Shown: positions 37,659 through 48,132 of the stretch, piece by piece | Layout of the letters: every line of letters begins with the position of its first letter | Numbering within the stretch: position 1 is the stretch's first letter | Source: Bacteroidota bacterium | GTDB taxonomy: Bacteria; Bacteroidota; Bacteroidia; Bacteroidales; JACABE01 | Direction: 5' to 3' | NCBI GenBank assembly: GCA_026391675.1 | Contig: JAPLDQ010000036.1 | Span: 32,291 to 96,290 of the forward strand | Length of the DNA stretch: 64,000 nucleotides | The notes under the pieces: model-generated | The model's database searches: none | What the model saw: only the letters and a program-made list of their open reading frames with translations | What the model was told of the DNA's origin: nothing | Made by a program: the position numbers and the translations under genes

Positions 37659-38918
37659 TTACGAAGATCGTATTGCATCAACAGGATTTAAGCGGGAAGC
37701 ATTAAAGGCAGGAATAAAGCCGGCAACCAGACCAATTAAAAAAGAAACACCCAGACCAAGGAATATATTACCTATAGTTAAACTGAGTTCAAAATCCAGA
37801 GCGTAGGTTACAATGATTGTGCCTAAATAAATAATAAGTAAACCCAAAGCTCCACCAATTAATGATAAAAATACCGCTTCGAATAAAAATTGTAACAAAA
37901 TAAAATAATTTTTAGCACCCAAGGATTTTTGAATACCAATAATATTCGTTCGTTCTTTTACCGATACAAACATAATATTGGCAATACCAAATCCGCCTAC
38001 AATTAATGAAAATCCGCCAATTATCCAGCCAATGGAACTAATCACCCCGAAAATACTTTCAAAACCTTTGGTGAGTAAGCTCATTTCGTTAATTGCAAAA
38101 TTATCTTCAGCCGCAGGTTTTAAGCGTCTTACCGAACGGAAAATTCCGGTGAGCTCATCCTTTAATTCCTGATTGCTTATATTAGGTTTAGCTCTGACAA
38201 TAATGGTTGGTCCGTTCGATTCATCTGTTATATCCAGTATATTTCTTGCAAAATTAATAGGTATCATCACCTGATTATCGCTGCTTTGTCCGAAACTGTT
38301 ATCACCTTGCTTTTTAAAAACACCGATTACATTTATTTTTCTGCCAAATACACTGATATCTTTATCCAAAGGATTCGAATTGCCATAAAGACTCTGTGCA
38401 ATATCACTCCCTATGATAGCAACACCTTTGCCCTGAATAGATTCTCCATCAGTAAAATATCTTCCCAATCCAATATTTATCGACATTACTTTTTCGTAAT
38501 CATCGGATACAGCAAATATCTGTGCATTTGAAACACTATTACTCTGATATTTCACTGTTTTGGTACTTGCAGCAATAAATGTAGCTGCACTATAAGCCTG
38601 ACTCTTTTTTTGGATTTCTGTAAGCTCACTTAGTTTAACTACTGGGCGTCTCATATATTTCCACCATGGATAATCGCTGCCAAATTCCCATGGCCATTTC
38701 TCTACAAACAAAACATTATCACCCAATGAGTCGATACTCGATTTAATCTTGTTTTCGAGTGAATCAAAAACAGTAAAAACTGATATGATGGAAAAGATAC
38801 CTATAGTAATGCCGGACAACGTAAGTATTGTTCTTAATTTATTTACAATGATAGCCTGAAAAGCAAACAAATAGCTCTCTCTGAACAATTTAACAAATAT
38901 GAACATTTTCTGTTTCAT
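37659..38918 (-). CDS. ABC transporter permease (MacB/FtsX-like)
   Basis: NKLRTILTL.GITIG, GGFGIANIMFVSVKERT and LNPVDAIR. Confidence 0.88.
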   Translation of the reverse strand: MKQKMFIFVKLFRESYLFAFQAIIVNKLRTILTLSGITIGIFSIISVFTVFDSLENKIKSSIDSLGDNVLFVEKWPWEFGSDYPWWKYMRRPVVKLSELTEIQKKSQAYSAATFIAASTKTVKYQSNSVSNAQIFAVSDDYEKVMSINIGLGRYFTDGESIQGKGVAIIGSDIAQSLYGNSNPLDKDISVFGRKINVIGVFKKQGDNSFGQSSDNQVMIPINFARNILDITDESNGPTIIVRAKPNISNQELKDELTGIFRSVRRLKPAAEDNFAINEMSLLTKGFESIFGVISSIGWIIGGFSLIVGGFGIANIMFVSVKERTNIIGIQKSLGAKNYFILLQFLFEAVFLSLIGGALGLLIIYLGTIIVTYALDFELSLTIGNIFLGLGVSFLIGLVAGFIPAFNASRLNPVDAIRSS

Positions 38919-39072
38919 CTTTCGCGATTCAATTTTATTGTAATAAAATAATTGGTAAAATTATGAATATATATGAAATTAAATTGGTAAATACGCTTTT
39001 TTTTTAATAAAATTGCAAATTGAAAATTTATTTTTATACCATTGATTATCAGCATCAATAAATTATTAATAC

Positions 39073-40590
39073 ATGAAGAAAATTAAGAGCGCACTTATTT
39101 CTGTTTATTCAAAAGAAGGCATTGAACCTATTATCCGAAAATTAAATGAATTAAATGTAATTATATATTCTACAGGCGGGACATTTGATTATATTAAAAG
39201 CCTGGGTATCGAAACTATTGCTGTTGAATCCGTTACTTCATATCCATCAATTCTGGGTGGTCGGGTTAAAACACTGCATCCAAAGATTTTTGGCGGTATA
39301 CTTGGCAGACGCGATTTACCATCAGATTTACAACAATTGCAGGAATATCAGATACCTGAAATTGATCTGGTAGTAGTTGATTTATATCCTTTTGAAAAAA
39401 CAGTTGCCGCTACAGACAATGAAGCTGAAATTATCGAAAAAATTGATATCGGAGGCATCTCGCTGATTCGTGCTGCTGCAAAAAACTTCAATGATGTTGT
39501 AATTATTCCTTCTGCTGATGAATATGCTGATTTATCTGTAATTTTAAACGAAAAACAAGGTGAAACTTCACTGGCAGATCGCCGATTACTCGCTTGCAAG
39601 GCTTTTAACGTTTCATCCCATTACGACAGCCATATTTTCAATTATTTCAACAAAGAAACTCAGCTCTCTGTTTTTAAACAAAGTATATTAGAACAAACTT
39701 CACTCAGATATGGCGAAAACCCGCATCAAAAAGCCATTTATCATGGAAATATTGCCGATTACTTCTTACAGTTGAACGGTAAAGAAATTTCCTATAATAA
39801 TATGCTTGATATTGATGCAGCCATTGCATTGATCAACGATTTTGAAGAAACTACCTTTGCTGTTATCAAGCATAACAATGCCTGTGGTCTGGCAAGCCGT
39901 CCAAAACTGATTGATGCTTGGAAAGATGCACTTGCCGCTGACCCTATTTCTGCCTTTGGTGGTATTTTAATTTGTAACCGTAAGGTAGATGAAGAAACAG
40001 CCAAAGAAATCAATCAGTTATTTTTTGAAATAATAATTGCACCTCAATATGAAAATAATGCCTTGGAATTGCTAAAATCTAAGAAAAATAGAATAATTTT
40101 GCAAAAGAAAGATTTTGCATTGAATCATAAGCAGTTCAAAACAGTTCTGAATGGTGTTATTGCTCAGGAACGCGATGCTTTTGTTGAAAAAGCTGAAGAT
40201 CTGAAAACTCAAACTACCACGTTGCCGGCAAATACAGAAATTACTGATATGCTGTTTGCCAACATTGTTGTTAAACATACAAAATCAAATGCAATCGTTC
40301 TTTTAAAAAATAAGCAGTTATTAGCCAGTGGTGTTGGACAAACTTCAAGGGTAGATGCATTAAGACAAGCAATTATCAAAGCTAAAACATTTGGTTTCGA
40401 TTTAAATGGAGCAGTAATGGCTTCAGATGCTTTTTTCCCTTTTGCAGATTGTGTTGAAATAGCGCATAACGAAGGAATTAAAGCTGTTATACAGCCCGGT
40501 GGTTCTGTGAGGGATCAGGACAGCATTGATTTTTGCAATCAGCATCAGATGGCTATGGTTTTTACAGGCCACAGACATTTTAAACATTAA
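39073..40590 (+). CDS. purH: Bifunctional AICAR transformylase/IMP cyclohydrolase
   Basis: ALISV, STGGT, GGRVKTLHP, IDIGG, LRYGENPHQ, KHNNACG, SDAFFPF and RHFKH. Confidence 0.97.
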   Translation: MKKIKSALISVYSKEGIEPIIRKLNELNVIIYSTGGTFDYIKSLGIETIAVESVTSYPSILGGRVKTLHPKIFGGILGRRDLPSDLQQLQEYQIPEIDLVVVDLYPFEKTVAATDNEAEIIEKIDIGGISLIRAAAKNFNDVVIIPSADEYADLSVILNEKQGETSLADRRLLACKAFNVSSHYDSHIFNYFNKETQLSVFKQSILEQTSLRYGENPHQKAIYHGNIADYFLQLNGKEISYNNMLDIDAAIALINDFEETTFAVIKHNNACGLASRPKLIDAWKDALAADPISAFGGILICNRKVDEETAKEINQLFFEIIIAPQYENNALELLKSKKNRIILQKKDFALNHKQFKTVLNGVIAQERDAFVEKAEDLKTQTTTLPANTEITDMLFANIVVKHTKSNAIVLLKNKQLLASGVGQTSRVDALRQAIIKAKTFGFDLNGAVMASDAFFPFADCVEIAHNEGIKAVIQPGGSVRDQDSIDFCNQHQMAMVFTGHRHFKH

Positions 40591-40663
40591 CAAAAATTGT
40601 AACTAATTTTCTGATTTTACGTAAGCTATATCGTTTAAAACAGAATAAAATTAAAAAATAATT

Positions 40664-41686
40664 ATGGGACTTTTTTCTTTTTTAACAAAAGAAATAGCTA
40701 TTGACTTAGGAACAGCCAACACTATTATAATTCACAATGACAAAGTTGTTGTGGATGAACCTTCTATTGTTGCCATCGACCGTATATCAGGTAAAATTAT
40801 TGCGGTTGGCAAAAAAGCCATGCTTATGCACGGTAAAACACATAAAAATATTGAAACCATACGTCCGTTACGCGATGGTGTTATTGCTGATTTCCAATCT
40901 GCAGAATACATGATACGCGAACTGATAAAAATGATAAGCACTAAAAAGCCGCTTTTTCCTCCAGCCTTAAAAATGGTAATCTGTATTCCATCCGGTATTA
41001 CCGAAGTGGAAGAAAGAGCCGTTAGAGATTCTGCTGAACAGGCAGGTGCCAAGGAAGTAAAATTAATTCACGAACCTATGGCTGCTGCCATTGGTATCGG
41101 TATTGATGTGCTTGAACCCAATGGTAATATGGTAATTGATATCGGAGGTGGTACCAGTGAGATTGCTGTTATTGCTTTAGGCGGTATCGTTTGTAATAAA
41201 TCCATACGTATTGCCGGTGATGATTTTAATCAGGACATTGAAGAATACATGCGTAAACAGCACAATATTATTATTGGTGAACGAACTGCCGAAAGGGTAA
41301 AAATTGAAGTGGGTTCTGCCATAACTGAATTGGAAAATCCACCTGATGATTTAGCCGTTAAAGGTAGAGATATGCTCACCGGTACACCACGTGAAGTTTA
41401 TGTAAACTACAGCGAAATTGCCAATTGTCTGGATAAATCCATTTCAAAAATTGAAGCTGCTATTTTAAATGCACTGGAAATGACACCTCCTGAATTGTGT
41501 GCCGATATCCACAGTACCGGTATTTATCTTGCCGGTGGTGGTTCTATGCTCAGGGGTCTTGATAAACGTATTGCGCAAAAAACCAAATTAATGGTGCATG
41601 TAGCCGAAGACCCTTTAAGGGCAGTTGCCCGCGGCACCGGTATAGCGCTGAAGAACTTCGATAAATTTACTTTCCTTATTAAGTAA
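40664..41686 (+). CDS. mreB: Rod shape-determining protein MreB
   Basis: IDLGTANT, RPLRDGVIADF, EPMAAAIG, DIGGGT and GGGSML. Confidence 0.97.
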   Translation: MGLFSFLTKEIAIDLGTANTIIIHNDKVVVDEPSIVAIDRISGKIIAVGKKAMLMHGKTHKNIETIRPLRDGVIADFQSAEYMIRELIKMISTKKPLFPPALKMVICIPSGITEVEERAVRDSAEQAGAKEVKLIHEPMAAAIGIGIDVLEPNGNMVIDIGGGTSEIAVIALGGIVCNKSIRIAGDDFNQDIEEYMRKQHNIIIGERTAERVKIEVGSAITELENPPDDLAVKGRDMLTGTPREVYVNYSEIANCLDKSISKIEAAILNALEMTPPELCADIHSTGIYLAGGGSMLRGLDKRIAQKTKLMVHVAEDPLRAVARGTGIALKNFDKFTFLIK

Positions 41687-41695
41687 ATTCAAAAG

Positions 41696-41729
41696 AAAAA
41701 ACACAGCGAAAATTCACTGTGTTTTTTTT
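41696..41729 (+). terminator. Intrinsic terminator after mreB
   Basis: AAAAAACACAGcGAA-aa-TTCaCTGTGTTTTTT plus T-run; a new TAACTTTG box (41749-56) precedes mreC. Confidence 0.65.
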
Positions 41730-41787
41730 ATGTAAAGCAATTTAGCATTAACTTTGCAATCTTAAAATTCCTGAAAAAAATAAATAA

Positions 41788-42615
41788 ATGCGACAACTGC
41801 TTGCTTTTCTGTTAAAAAACTATTTCTTTTTTCTTTTCCTGATGCTGGAAATAATCGCTTTTATTCTGATTGCCAATCATACATTTTATCAGGGTGCACG
41901 CATGTTCAATACAGCCAATCAACTTACCGGCAATGTATACCAAACCTATAACAATATTTTCGATTATTTTTATTTAAAGGACAACAATCGTATGCTGGCC
42001 GAAGAAAATGCCCGTTTACGGAATATGAATGAGTTGTCTTTTGTAAAATTTACCAAAAGCGAGATTAATGTTAATGATACATTTTACCGTCAACAATATA
42101 CTTTTGTTGAAGCCAAGATTATCAGCAATTCTACAGGTAAACGCAATAATTACCTTATGCTCAACAAAGGATTTAATCAGGGCGTTCGAAATAATATGGC
42201 TGTGGTAAGTTCTAATGGCATTGTTGGTATTGTAAATGGTGTTTCTTCCAATTTCAGCTCGATAATGTCGTTACTGCATTCCGAAACTAAAATCAGTGCC
42301 AAACTAAAAAAGAATAATGCTACCGGTTCTGTAAGCTGGGAAGGCGGAAGCTATAAAACAGGTTTATTGGCAGATATTCCTTCCCATATTTTGATTAAAA
42401 CCGGGGATACTGTTATTACCAGTGGTTTTTCTCTTGATTTCCCCGAAGGCATTGTAATTGGTACGGTTGCAACAACAAAATTAAATCCCGGAGATAATTT
42501 TTATCAGATCAAAATTAATTTTTCTACAGATTTCAATAAACTGGATAATGTATATGTGGTTAAAAACTTATTTAAGGAAGAGCAGTTAAAATTAAAGGAA
42601 ATACAGCATGAATAA
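41788..42615 (+). CDS. mreC: Rod shape-determining protein MreC
   Basis: LAEENARLR, NKG..GV..MAV..GIVG and GDTVITSG..FPEGI; downstream of mreB. Confidence 0.92.
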   Translation: MRQLLAFLLKNYFFFLFLMLEIIAFILIANHTFYQGARMFNTANQLTGNVYQTYNNIFDYFYLKDNNRMLAEENARLRNMNELSFVKFTKSEINVNDTFYRQQYTFVEAKIISNSTGKRNNYLMLNKGFNQGVRNNMAVVSSNGIVGIVNGVSSNFSSIMSLLHSETKISAKLKKNNATGSVSWEGGSYKTGLLADIPSHILIKTGDTVITSGFSLDFPEGIVIGTVATTKLNPGDNFYQIKINFSTDFNKLDNVYVVKNLFKEEQLKLKEIQHE

Positions 42616-43117
42616 TTTATTACTCAGAAATATCTTACGTTTCATACTGCTGGTATTCTTACAGGTATTGGTATTTGATAATTTCCACTTTAATGGATAT
42701 ATCAACCCCTATATATATGTGCTGTTTATTTTACTGCTTCCTTTTGAAACACCACCATGGTTATTGTTAGTTTCAGCATTTTTTATAGGATTCAGCATCG
42801 ATTTATTTTCCGATACCATGGGCATTCACACCGCTGCTTCAGTATTTATGGCTTTTTGCCGTCCCGGTATACTCAGGATAGTTTCTTCGCCCAAGGATTA
42901 TGAAGTAGGTATTACTCCCGGCATTAAAGATTTAGGTATAAACTGGTTTTTAAATTATACCGTTTTTCTTGTTTTTCTTCACCACCTGGCTTATTTTTAT
43001 CTGGAAGTATTCAGTTTTCATGAGTTCTTCTACACCTTTTTCAGGATAATACTCAGCACCATATTTACGAGTCTTTTTATCATTATCGGCCAATATCTCT
43101 TTTACGTTAAAAAGTAG
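42608..43117 (+). CDS. mreD: Rod shape-determining protein MreD
   Basis: Hydrophobic; YINPYIYVLFILLLP..IDLFSDTMGIH; overlaps the end of mreC. Confidence 0.88.
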   Translation: MNNLLLRNILRFILLVFLQVLVFDNFHFNGYINPYIYVLFILLLPFETPPWLLLVSAFFIGFSIDLFSDTMGIHTAASVFMAFCRPGILRIVSSPKDYEVGITPGIKDLGINWFLNYTVFLVFLHHLAYFYLEVFSFHEFFYTFFRIILSTIFTSLFIIIGQYLFYVKK

Positions 43118-43197
43118 GATTATTAATTCGCCGGAAAAATCAAATTCCCGGAAGTATATCTACATATTAATTAAACTGTAATAATTAAACCAAAATC

Positions 43198-44889
43198 ATG
43201 AAAACAAAATTTATCCTTTCAATTTTTGTAATTGCCCTATTAGGCATAACAATTGGATGTAAAACATCAAAAAAAGAAAACATGGAAGCAAAACTAAGCG
43301 AGTTTATTAAAAAACACGATTCCTTAACGGTAACATTAAGCAAAGAGATTAATCAGGCATCCTGGACAGCTTCAATAACAGGAAAAGATGAAGATTATGC
43401 AAAAACAGAAGCTTTAACTGTTAAATTAAATAATGTGTATGCTAATACAGCTTCTTTTGCCACTTTAAAAGCCATTAAAGCATCAAATCAGGTAAAGGAT
43501 CCTTTGCTTGGCAGGCAATTAACAGTGCTTTACAATGCTTACCAGAGCGCAGCAGTAGATACAGCCAAACTGAACGCCATAACAAAATTACAGAGCAGTA
43601 TAGAAAAGAATTTCTCTAAATTCAGAACAGAAATTAAAGGCAAAAAACTAAGCGACAATGAAATAGAAGCAATCCTGAAAACATCAGTAAATTCAAATGA
43701 ATTGAAAGAAGCCTGGACTACACAGAAAACAATTGGTAATCTTGTAAATCAGGATATCATTAAGCTGGTTAAAATGCGTAATGAAGTGGCTAAAGAGCTG
43801 GGTTTTGATAATTATCACAGCATGAGCATGCAATTGAACGAACAGGACCCCAAAGAAATAGAAAGACTTTTTGATGAACTGGACAGCCTCACACATAATA
43901 CTTTTGTAGCTTTAAAAAGCGAAATGGATGATTATTTTGCAAAACGTTATAAGTTAAAAAAAGAAGAACTGATGCCATGGCATTATCAGAACCGCTTTTT
44001 TCAGGAAGCTCCAAAATTATATGCTGTTGATCTGGATAAATATTATGCTAAGGAAAATTTAGAAAAACTAACTGCCACCTATTACAGCGGAATTGGTCTG
44101 GAAATAGGCGATATGCTTAAAAACAGCGATTTGTACGAAAAGCCTGGGAAAAATCAGCATGCATATTGTACAGATATTGATAATGAAGGCGATATAAGAG
44201 TATTATGCAATATTAAACCCAACCAGCAATGGATGGGTACCATGCTGCATGAATTCGGACATGCCAGTTATGATAAATATACTGACCGTAGTTTACCCTA
44301 CTCATTGCGTGAACCGGCACATACTTTTACTACAGAAGCCATTGCCATGTTTTTTGGCCGTTTATCAAGCAATCCTGCATGGTTACAAGCAATGTTAGGC
44401 ATCAGCGAAGCCGAAAAAGCAAAAATTGCAGATGATTGTTACAAAACCTTAAGACTGGAGCAATTGGTTTTCAGTCGTTGGGTTCAGGTAATGTATCGTT
44501 TCGAAAAAGGCATGTATGCCAATCCTGATCAGGATTTGAATAAATTATGGTGGGATTTGGTTGAAAAATACCAGATGCTAAAAAAACCAGAAGGCAGAAA
44601 TGCACCGGACTGGGCTACTAAAATTCACATCGCAACCTATCCTTGCTATTATCATAATTATCTGCTGGGTGAATTACTGGCATCACAGTTTAGTTATTAC
44701 ATTACTGAAAAAGTTTTAAAAGCAACCGATTTAAAAGTTCAGAGTTTTGTGGGTAATCCCGAAATAGGAAAATATTTTACCGAAATGGTATTTAAACCGG
44801 GAAAACGCTTTTTCTGGAATGATATGATAGAAAAGGCAACTGGTGAAAAATTGACTCCCAAATATTATGCAAAACAGTTTGTGAATTAA
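43198..44889 (+). CDS. Gluzincin metallopeptidase lipoprotein (M2 peptidyl-dipeptidase A / M3-like)
   Basis: Lipobox TIGC; HEFGH, downstream TEAIA, DWATKIH..YYHNY and ATGEKL. Confidence 0.8.
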   Translation: MKTKFILSIFVIALLGITIGCKTSKKENMEAKLSEFIKKHDSLTVTLSKEINQASWTASITGKDEDYAKTEALTVKLNNVYANTASFATLKAIKASNQVKDPLLGRQLTVLYNAYQSAAVDTAKLNAITKLQSSIEKNFSKFRTEIKGKKLSDNEIEAILKTSVNSNELKEAWTTQKTIGNLVNQDIIKLVKMRNEVAKELGFDNYHSMSMQLNEQDPKEIERLFDELDSLTHNTFVALKSEMDDYFAKRYKLKKEELMPWHYQNRFFQEAPKLYAVDLDKYYAKENLEKLTATYYSGIGLEIGDMLKNSDLYEKPGKNQHAYCTDIDNEGDIRVLCNIKPNQQWMGTMLHEFGHASYDKYTDRSLPYSLREPAHTFTTEAIAMFFGRLSSNPAWLQAMLGISEAEKAKIADDCYKTLRLEQLVFSRWVQVMYRFEKGMYANPDQDLNKLWWDLVEKYQMLKKPEGRNAPDWATKIHIATYPCYYHNYLLGELLASQFSYYITEKVLKATDLKVQSFVGNPEIGKYFTEMVFKPGKRFFWNDMIEKATGEKLTPKYYAKQFVN

Positions 44890-44910
44890 AACAGATTAAA
44901 GGCATTAAAT

Positions 44911-44951
44911 AAAAAACCCTGACAGCAATTTAAATACTGTCAGGGTTTTTT
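44911..44951. terminator. Bidirectional intrinsic terminator
   Basis: AAAAAACCCTGACAG...CTGTCAGGGTTTTTT between convergent genes. Confidence 0.8.
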
Positions 44952-44965
44952 GGTTTTAATTATTT

Positions 44966-45784
44966 TTATAGCTCCTTTTCTGCAACCTGCAGTACTTCTT
45001 TAGTATTATCATCATATACAAATGCGACTACATTGAAGTTTTTACCAAACCAGTTTGTCTTAAAATCAATAGACATATCTTGAGTTAACTTTGTATCAAT
45101 TGATGTAAATGTTGTCCCATCAGTTAAATCCTTTCCCCAGTTGTCATTTACAGCTCTTAACATATGTCGGTGGACATAATCAGTTATAACAGCACTTGCA
45201 TTTTGTTGTGGTGCAATAACACTATCCTGAGTAACAACAATCTGAAGTTTAAGCTTCCTTTTTATTGTTTTAAGAAATTTAGTTGTTACTTGACCACTTA
45301 GCTTTCTTGTAACAGGATTATAACTTGGTGTAATTGTAATATCAACTTCAGGTAATTCAGTCATCATATTGCTTACAGTTGTATTCCATGCATCTTTATC
45401 AATTTTATGTGATAAGGTAGGAAAACCAACCCTGTTAATCATTCCAACAGGATATGATTGAAATCCGAAGAACTGATTCCATGCGTCACCGGCAGTGGTT
45501 GTGAAGTCGTTGGTATCAAATGGTGATACAGATGGGGCCGCGAAAAAACCAGCATGTACAGAGATAATTACAACTTTATCACCATAAAGCGTTTTTAAAT
45601 CATTAGCAACAACAGCAGCAGCTGGGCAATTAGGGCATTTGTGGCCGGTATAATCTTCAATTAATATTCTTTTTCCATACCATTCCTTTGCAGGAACAGG
45701 TGTGGTATAGGGGCCGTCAATTTTATTGCAGGATTGAAATGCAACTAATGCAATAAATAAATATATAAAATGAAATTTTTTCAT
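44966..45784 (-). CDS. Omp28-related outer membrane lipoprotein
   Basis: Lipobox FQSC; ILIEDYTGHKCPNCP, YPVGMINR, YVHRHMLR and VVAFVY..EVLQ. Confidence 0.8.
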   Translation of the reverse strand: MKKFHFIYLFIALVAFQSCNKIDGPYTTPVPAKEWYGKRILIEDYTGHKCPNCPAAAVVANDLKTLYGDKVVIISVHAGFFAAPSVSPFDTNDFTTTAGDAWNQFFGFQSYPVGMINRVGFPTLSHKIDKDAWNTTVSNMMTELPEVDITITPSYNPVTRKLSGQVTTKFLKTIKRKLKLQIVVTQDSVIAPQQNASAVITDYVHRHMLRAVNDNWGKDLTDGTTFTSIDTKLTQDMSIDFKTNWFGKNFNVVAFVYDDNTKEVLQVAEKEL

Positions 45785-45803
45785 AATACAAATTAATTAA
45801 AAA

Positions 45804-47480
45804 TTAAAAACTACTGGTTAAGGTAATATTAAAGCCATAAGCAGCGGGAACCTGTCGGCAAACACCACCTACACATAAAATGCCTTCACGTTGTTTGCCG
45901 TAAGATAATTGAATTCTGCTCGAGCTTTTGTTATAACCCATACCAAGATTATAGTAATGAATTTTTTCACCTGAATTTCCATAATTATATTGGTCTGATA
46001 CAGAGAAAAACCATAGAGGTGCAATTGAATATTCTACCATTCCCATCACCCAGTTTTTATCATCCTGTTTGGTGCTTAAATGTTGCAGTTCAGTTTTAAT
46101 AGCTTTGGTTGCTGTGAGTTTGTAAGTAATATCAGCAATCAGAATATTTGCATAAACAGTTGGTAAACCCGGGTGTCCTTCAATTACTGCCTGATTATAT
46201 ACTAAATTAACCCATGATAATGATCCTTTAAGACGGCTATTGATTTTTTTTAAGATTTCGATGTTGAAATCCTGAAAATACAGTTCTTTCCCAAATTTAA
46301 AAAAGTTTGAAGTGTAACCCTGTGTACCTTTTTCATTGATTGCAGTAGTATCATTTAAAGCTTTGCGGTCAATATCATTGGCTCTTGAGTAGTTTAATTT
46401 AATTTCAGTGCCATATTTGCCTCCCAAAACTGTATTTTTGGGAACAGTATAAACAACTTCTGCCTGAACACCCATTTCACCGTTTGGCTGAGTTGCATAT
46501 GGATAAATTGCAGATAGACTATAGGCATGTTGTTTTGTAAGAGCAGGTAGATAATTAATATTCAGCATATTGCCAACTTCTGTTCTTTTCGATTTAAATG
46601 CCATATTATCAATACGCTTTGCCGATACAATTACGCCTAAACCCTTTTGTGAGTAAGACGCTGTAAGTAATAAAGCTTCACCGTGGCGGTAAATAAAATT
46701 GTTCTGTGCATTTGGGTCATTGGCTTTGTAAGCATATTCAGTACTTACATTAATTTTCCCTCTCGAAACATTTAATCTTCCTGCAAAAGCAGCTACATTT
46801 TCGGGTAAAACATATTTTTTTGAAGCATCATAAAGAATTTCTTCTGTGGGTTGGTATTTACTGATTACGCTACCACCAAATGTAATTCTGGTAGGATTTT
46901 CATTTAAGCTTGTTATCATATCGTTTAAAACAAACTCAGCATCTCCGCCTCTGAGAATACCGGGACCTACATCCCAGAAAAAACGCTGTGTTCCAACAAT
47001 TGCTTTCAGCATAATACCTTGTATCGGATTAAATTTAACACGGATACCATCCATAGCATTGTCATATCCTAAGTTTCGTTCTTCATACGTTCTGAAAATC
47101 ATTCCGCTACCAAATTGTTCATAGAAATTACCGACAGTAATTTCAAACTGATCTGCATTATATGTAGCATAGCGGTATGCTATTCCACTGCCTTTATATC
47201 TGTTGTCGAAACCTAACATGGGATTACGGTAGCTTTCGTATCTCAGGCCGGTAGTAAAATTACCATTGGTATAAATAATATTTGCAAATGCATTCATCAG
47301 CATTTTTTCTGAAACATCATTTGCACCTATACTACTATCTTTCTGATAATATTGCGCATCTAACTGAAAATTTCCCTGAATGCTTCCTGAGTTTAGTACA
47401 TTCTGGGCTGTAAGCAGCAAAGGAAAAACACAAATAAAAAAGATAATAAAAGAATGCTTTGCAAAAGTAAATTTTGTCAT
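45804..47480 (-). CDS. DUF6029 family outer membrane protein
   Basis: GNFYEQFGSGMIFRTYE, NYLPALTKQH..YPYATQ..GEMG and C-terminal G..CVGGVCR..SSF. Confidence 0.75.
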   Translation of the reverse strand: MTKFTFAKHSFIIFFICVFPLLLTAQNVLNSGSIQGNFQLDAQYYQKDSSIGANDVSEKMLMNAFANIIYTNGNFTTGLRYESYRNPMLGFDNRYKGSGIAYRYATYNADQFEITVGNFYEQFGSGMIFRTYEERNLGYDNAMDGIRVKFNPIQGIMLKAIVGTQRFFWDVGPGILRGGDAEFVLNDMITSLNENPTRITFGGSVISKYQPTEEILYDASKKYVLPENVAAFAGRLNVSRGKINVSTEYAYKANDPNAQNNFIYRHGEALLLTASYSQKGLGVIVSAKRIDNMAFKSKRTEVGNMLNINYLPALTKQHAYSLSAIYPYATQPNGEMGVQAEVVYTVPKNTVLGGKYGTEIKLNYSRANDIDRKALNDTTAINEKGTQGYTSNFFKFGKELYFQDFNIEILKKINSRLKGSLSWVNLVYNQAVIEGHPGLPTVYANILIADITYKLTATKAIKTELQHLSTKQDDKNWVMGMVEYSIAPLWFFSVSDQYNYGNSGEKIHYYNLGMGYNKSSSRIQLSYGKQREGILCVGGVCRQVPAAYGFNITLTSSF

Positions 47481-47492
47481 ATCCTTAATTTT

Positions 47493-48023
47493 TTATTTTT
47501 TAACTGAAATATCTTCGCCTTTGTTTAATTTTCTAACCAGTTCAATTAACTCTAATTCACTGCCTTCGGCAAAAGAAGTGTGTTGCCATACAATTTCACC
47601 TTTTCCGTTCAATAAAAAGGTATGAGGTATCATATTTACGTTCATGGCTCTTTTAAAATCACCATTTACGTCAAGCAATACCTGATAATTCCAGTTATTC
47701 CCGTTTACAGTCGGAAGAACTCTTGATGATGAGCGGGCATCGTCAATAGAAACGGCTACCAGCTTTACTCCTGTTTCTTTTTGCCATTCTTCATAAACTT
47801 CTGCTATTGTTGAAAGCTCTTTCTGGCAAGGTTTACACCACAAAGCCCAGAAGCTGATAATAACAGGTTTACCATTATTAGAGATTTCTGCAGTATTAAT
47901 TGTTTTACCATTAATATCTTTAATGGTAACTGATGGTAATTTCTTAGCCTTAGGAGCTTCGGTTTGAGCAAACACAGCCACCGAAAGTAATAAGTAAGAT
48001 GTAACTAAAAATAATTTTTTCAT
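47493..48023 (-). CDS. TlpA-family thioredoxin-like protein
   Basis: Signal peptide; SFWALWCKPC and IPHT; TAATTTTG box at 48046-53. Confidence 0.88.
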   Translation of the reverse strand: MKKLFLVTSYLLLSVAVFAQTEAPKAKKLPSVTIKDINGKTINTAEISNNGKPVIISFWALWCKPCQKELSTIAEVYEEWQKETGVKLVAVSIDDARSSSRVLPTVNGNNWNYQVLLDVNGDFKRAMNVNMIPHTFLLNGKGEIVWQHTSFAEGSELELIELVRKLNKGEDISVKK

Positions 48024-48099
48024 GGGTTTACGTTTTATTAAAGTACAAAATTAAAAAATTCAAATAAATGATTAACTTTATTTTAAAAATGTTTGTATA

Positions 48100-48127
48100 A
48101 AAAAAGCTGTCGTCTGACAGCTTTTTT
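48100..48127 (-). terminator. Intrinsic terminator after the skp genes
   Basis: AAAAAAGCTGTC-gtct-GACAGCTTTTTT. Confidence 0.75.
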
Positions 48128-48132
48128 CAGGC

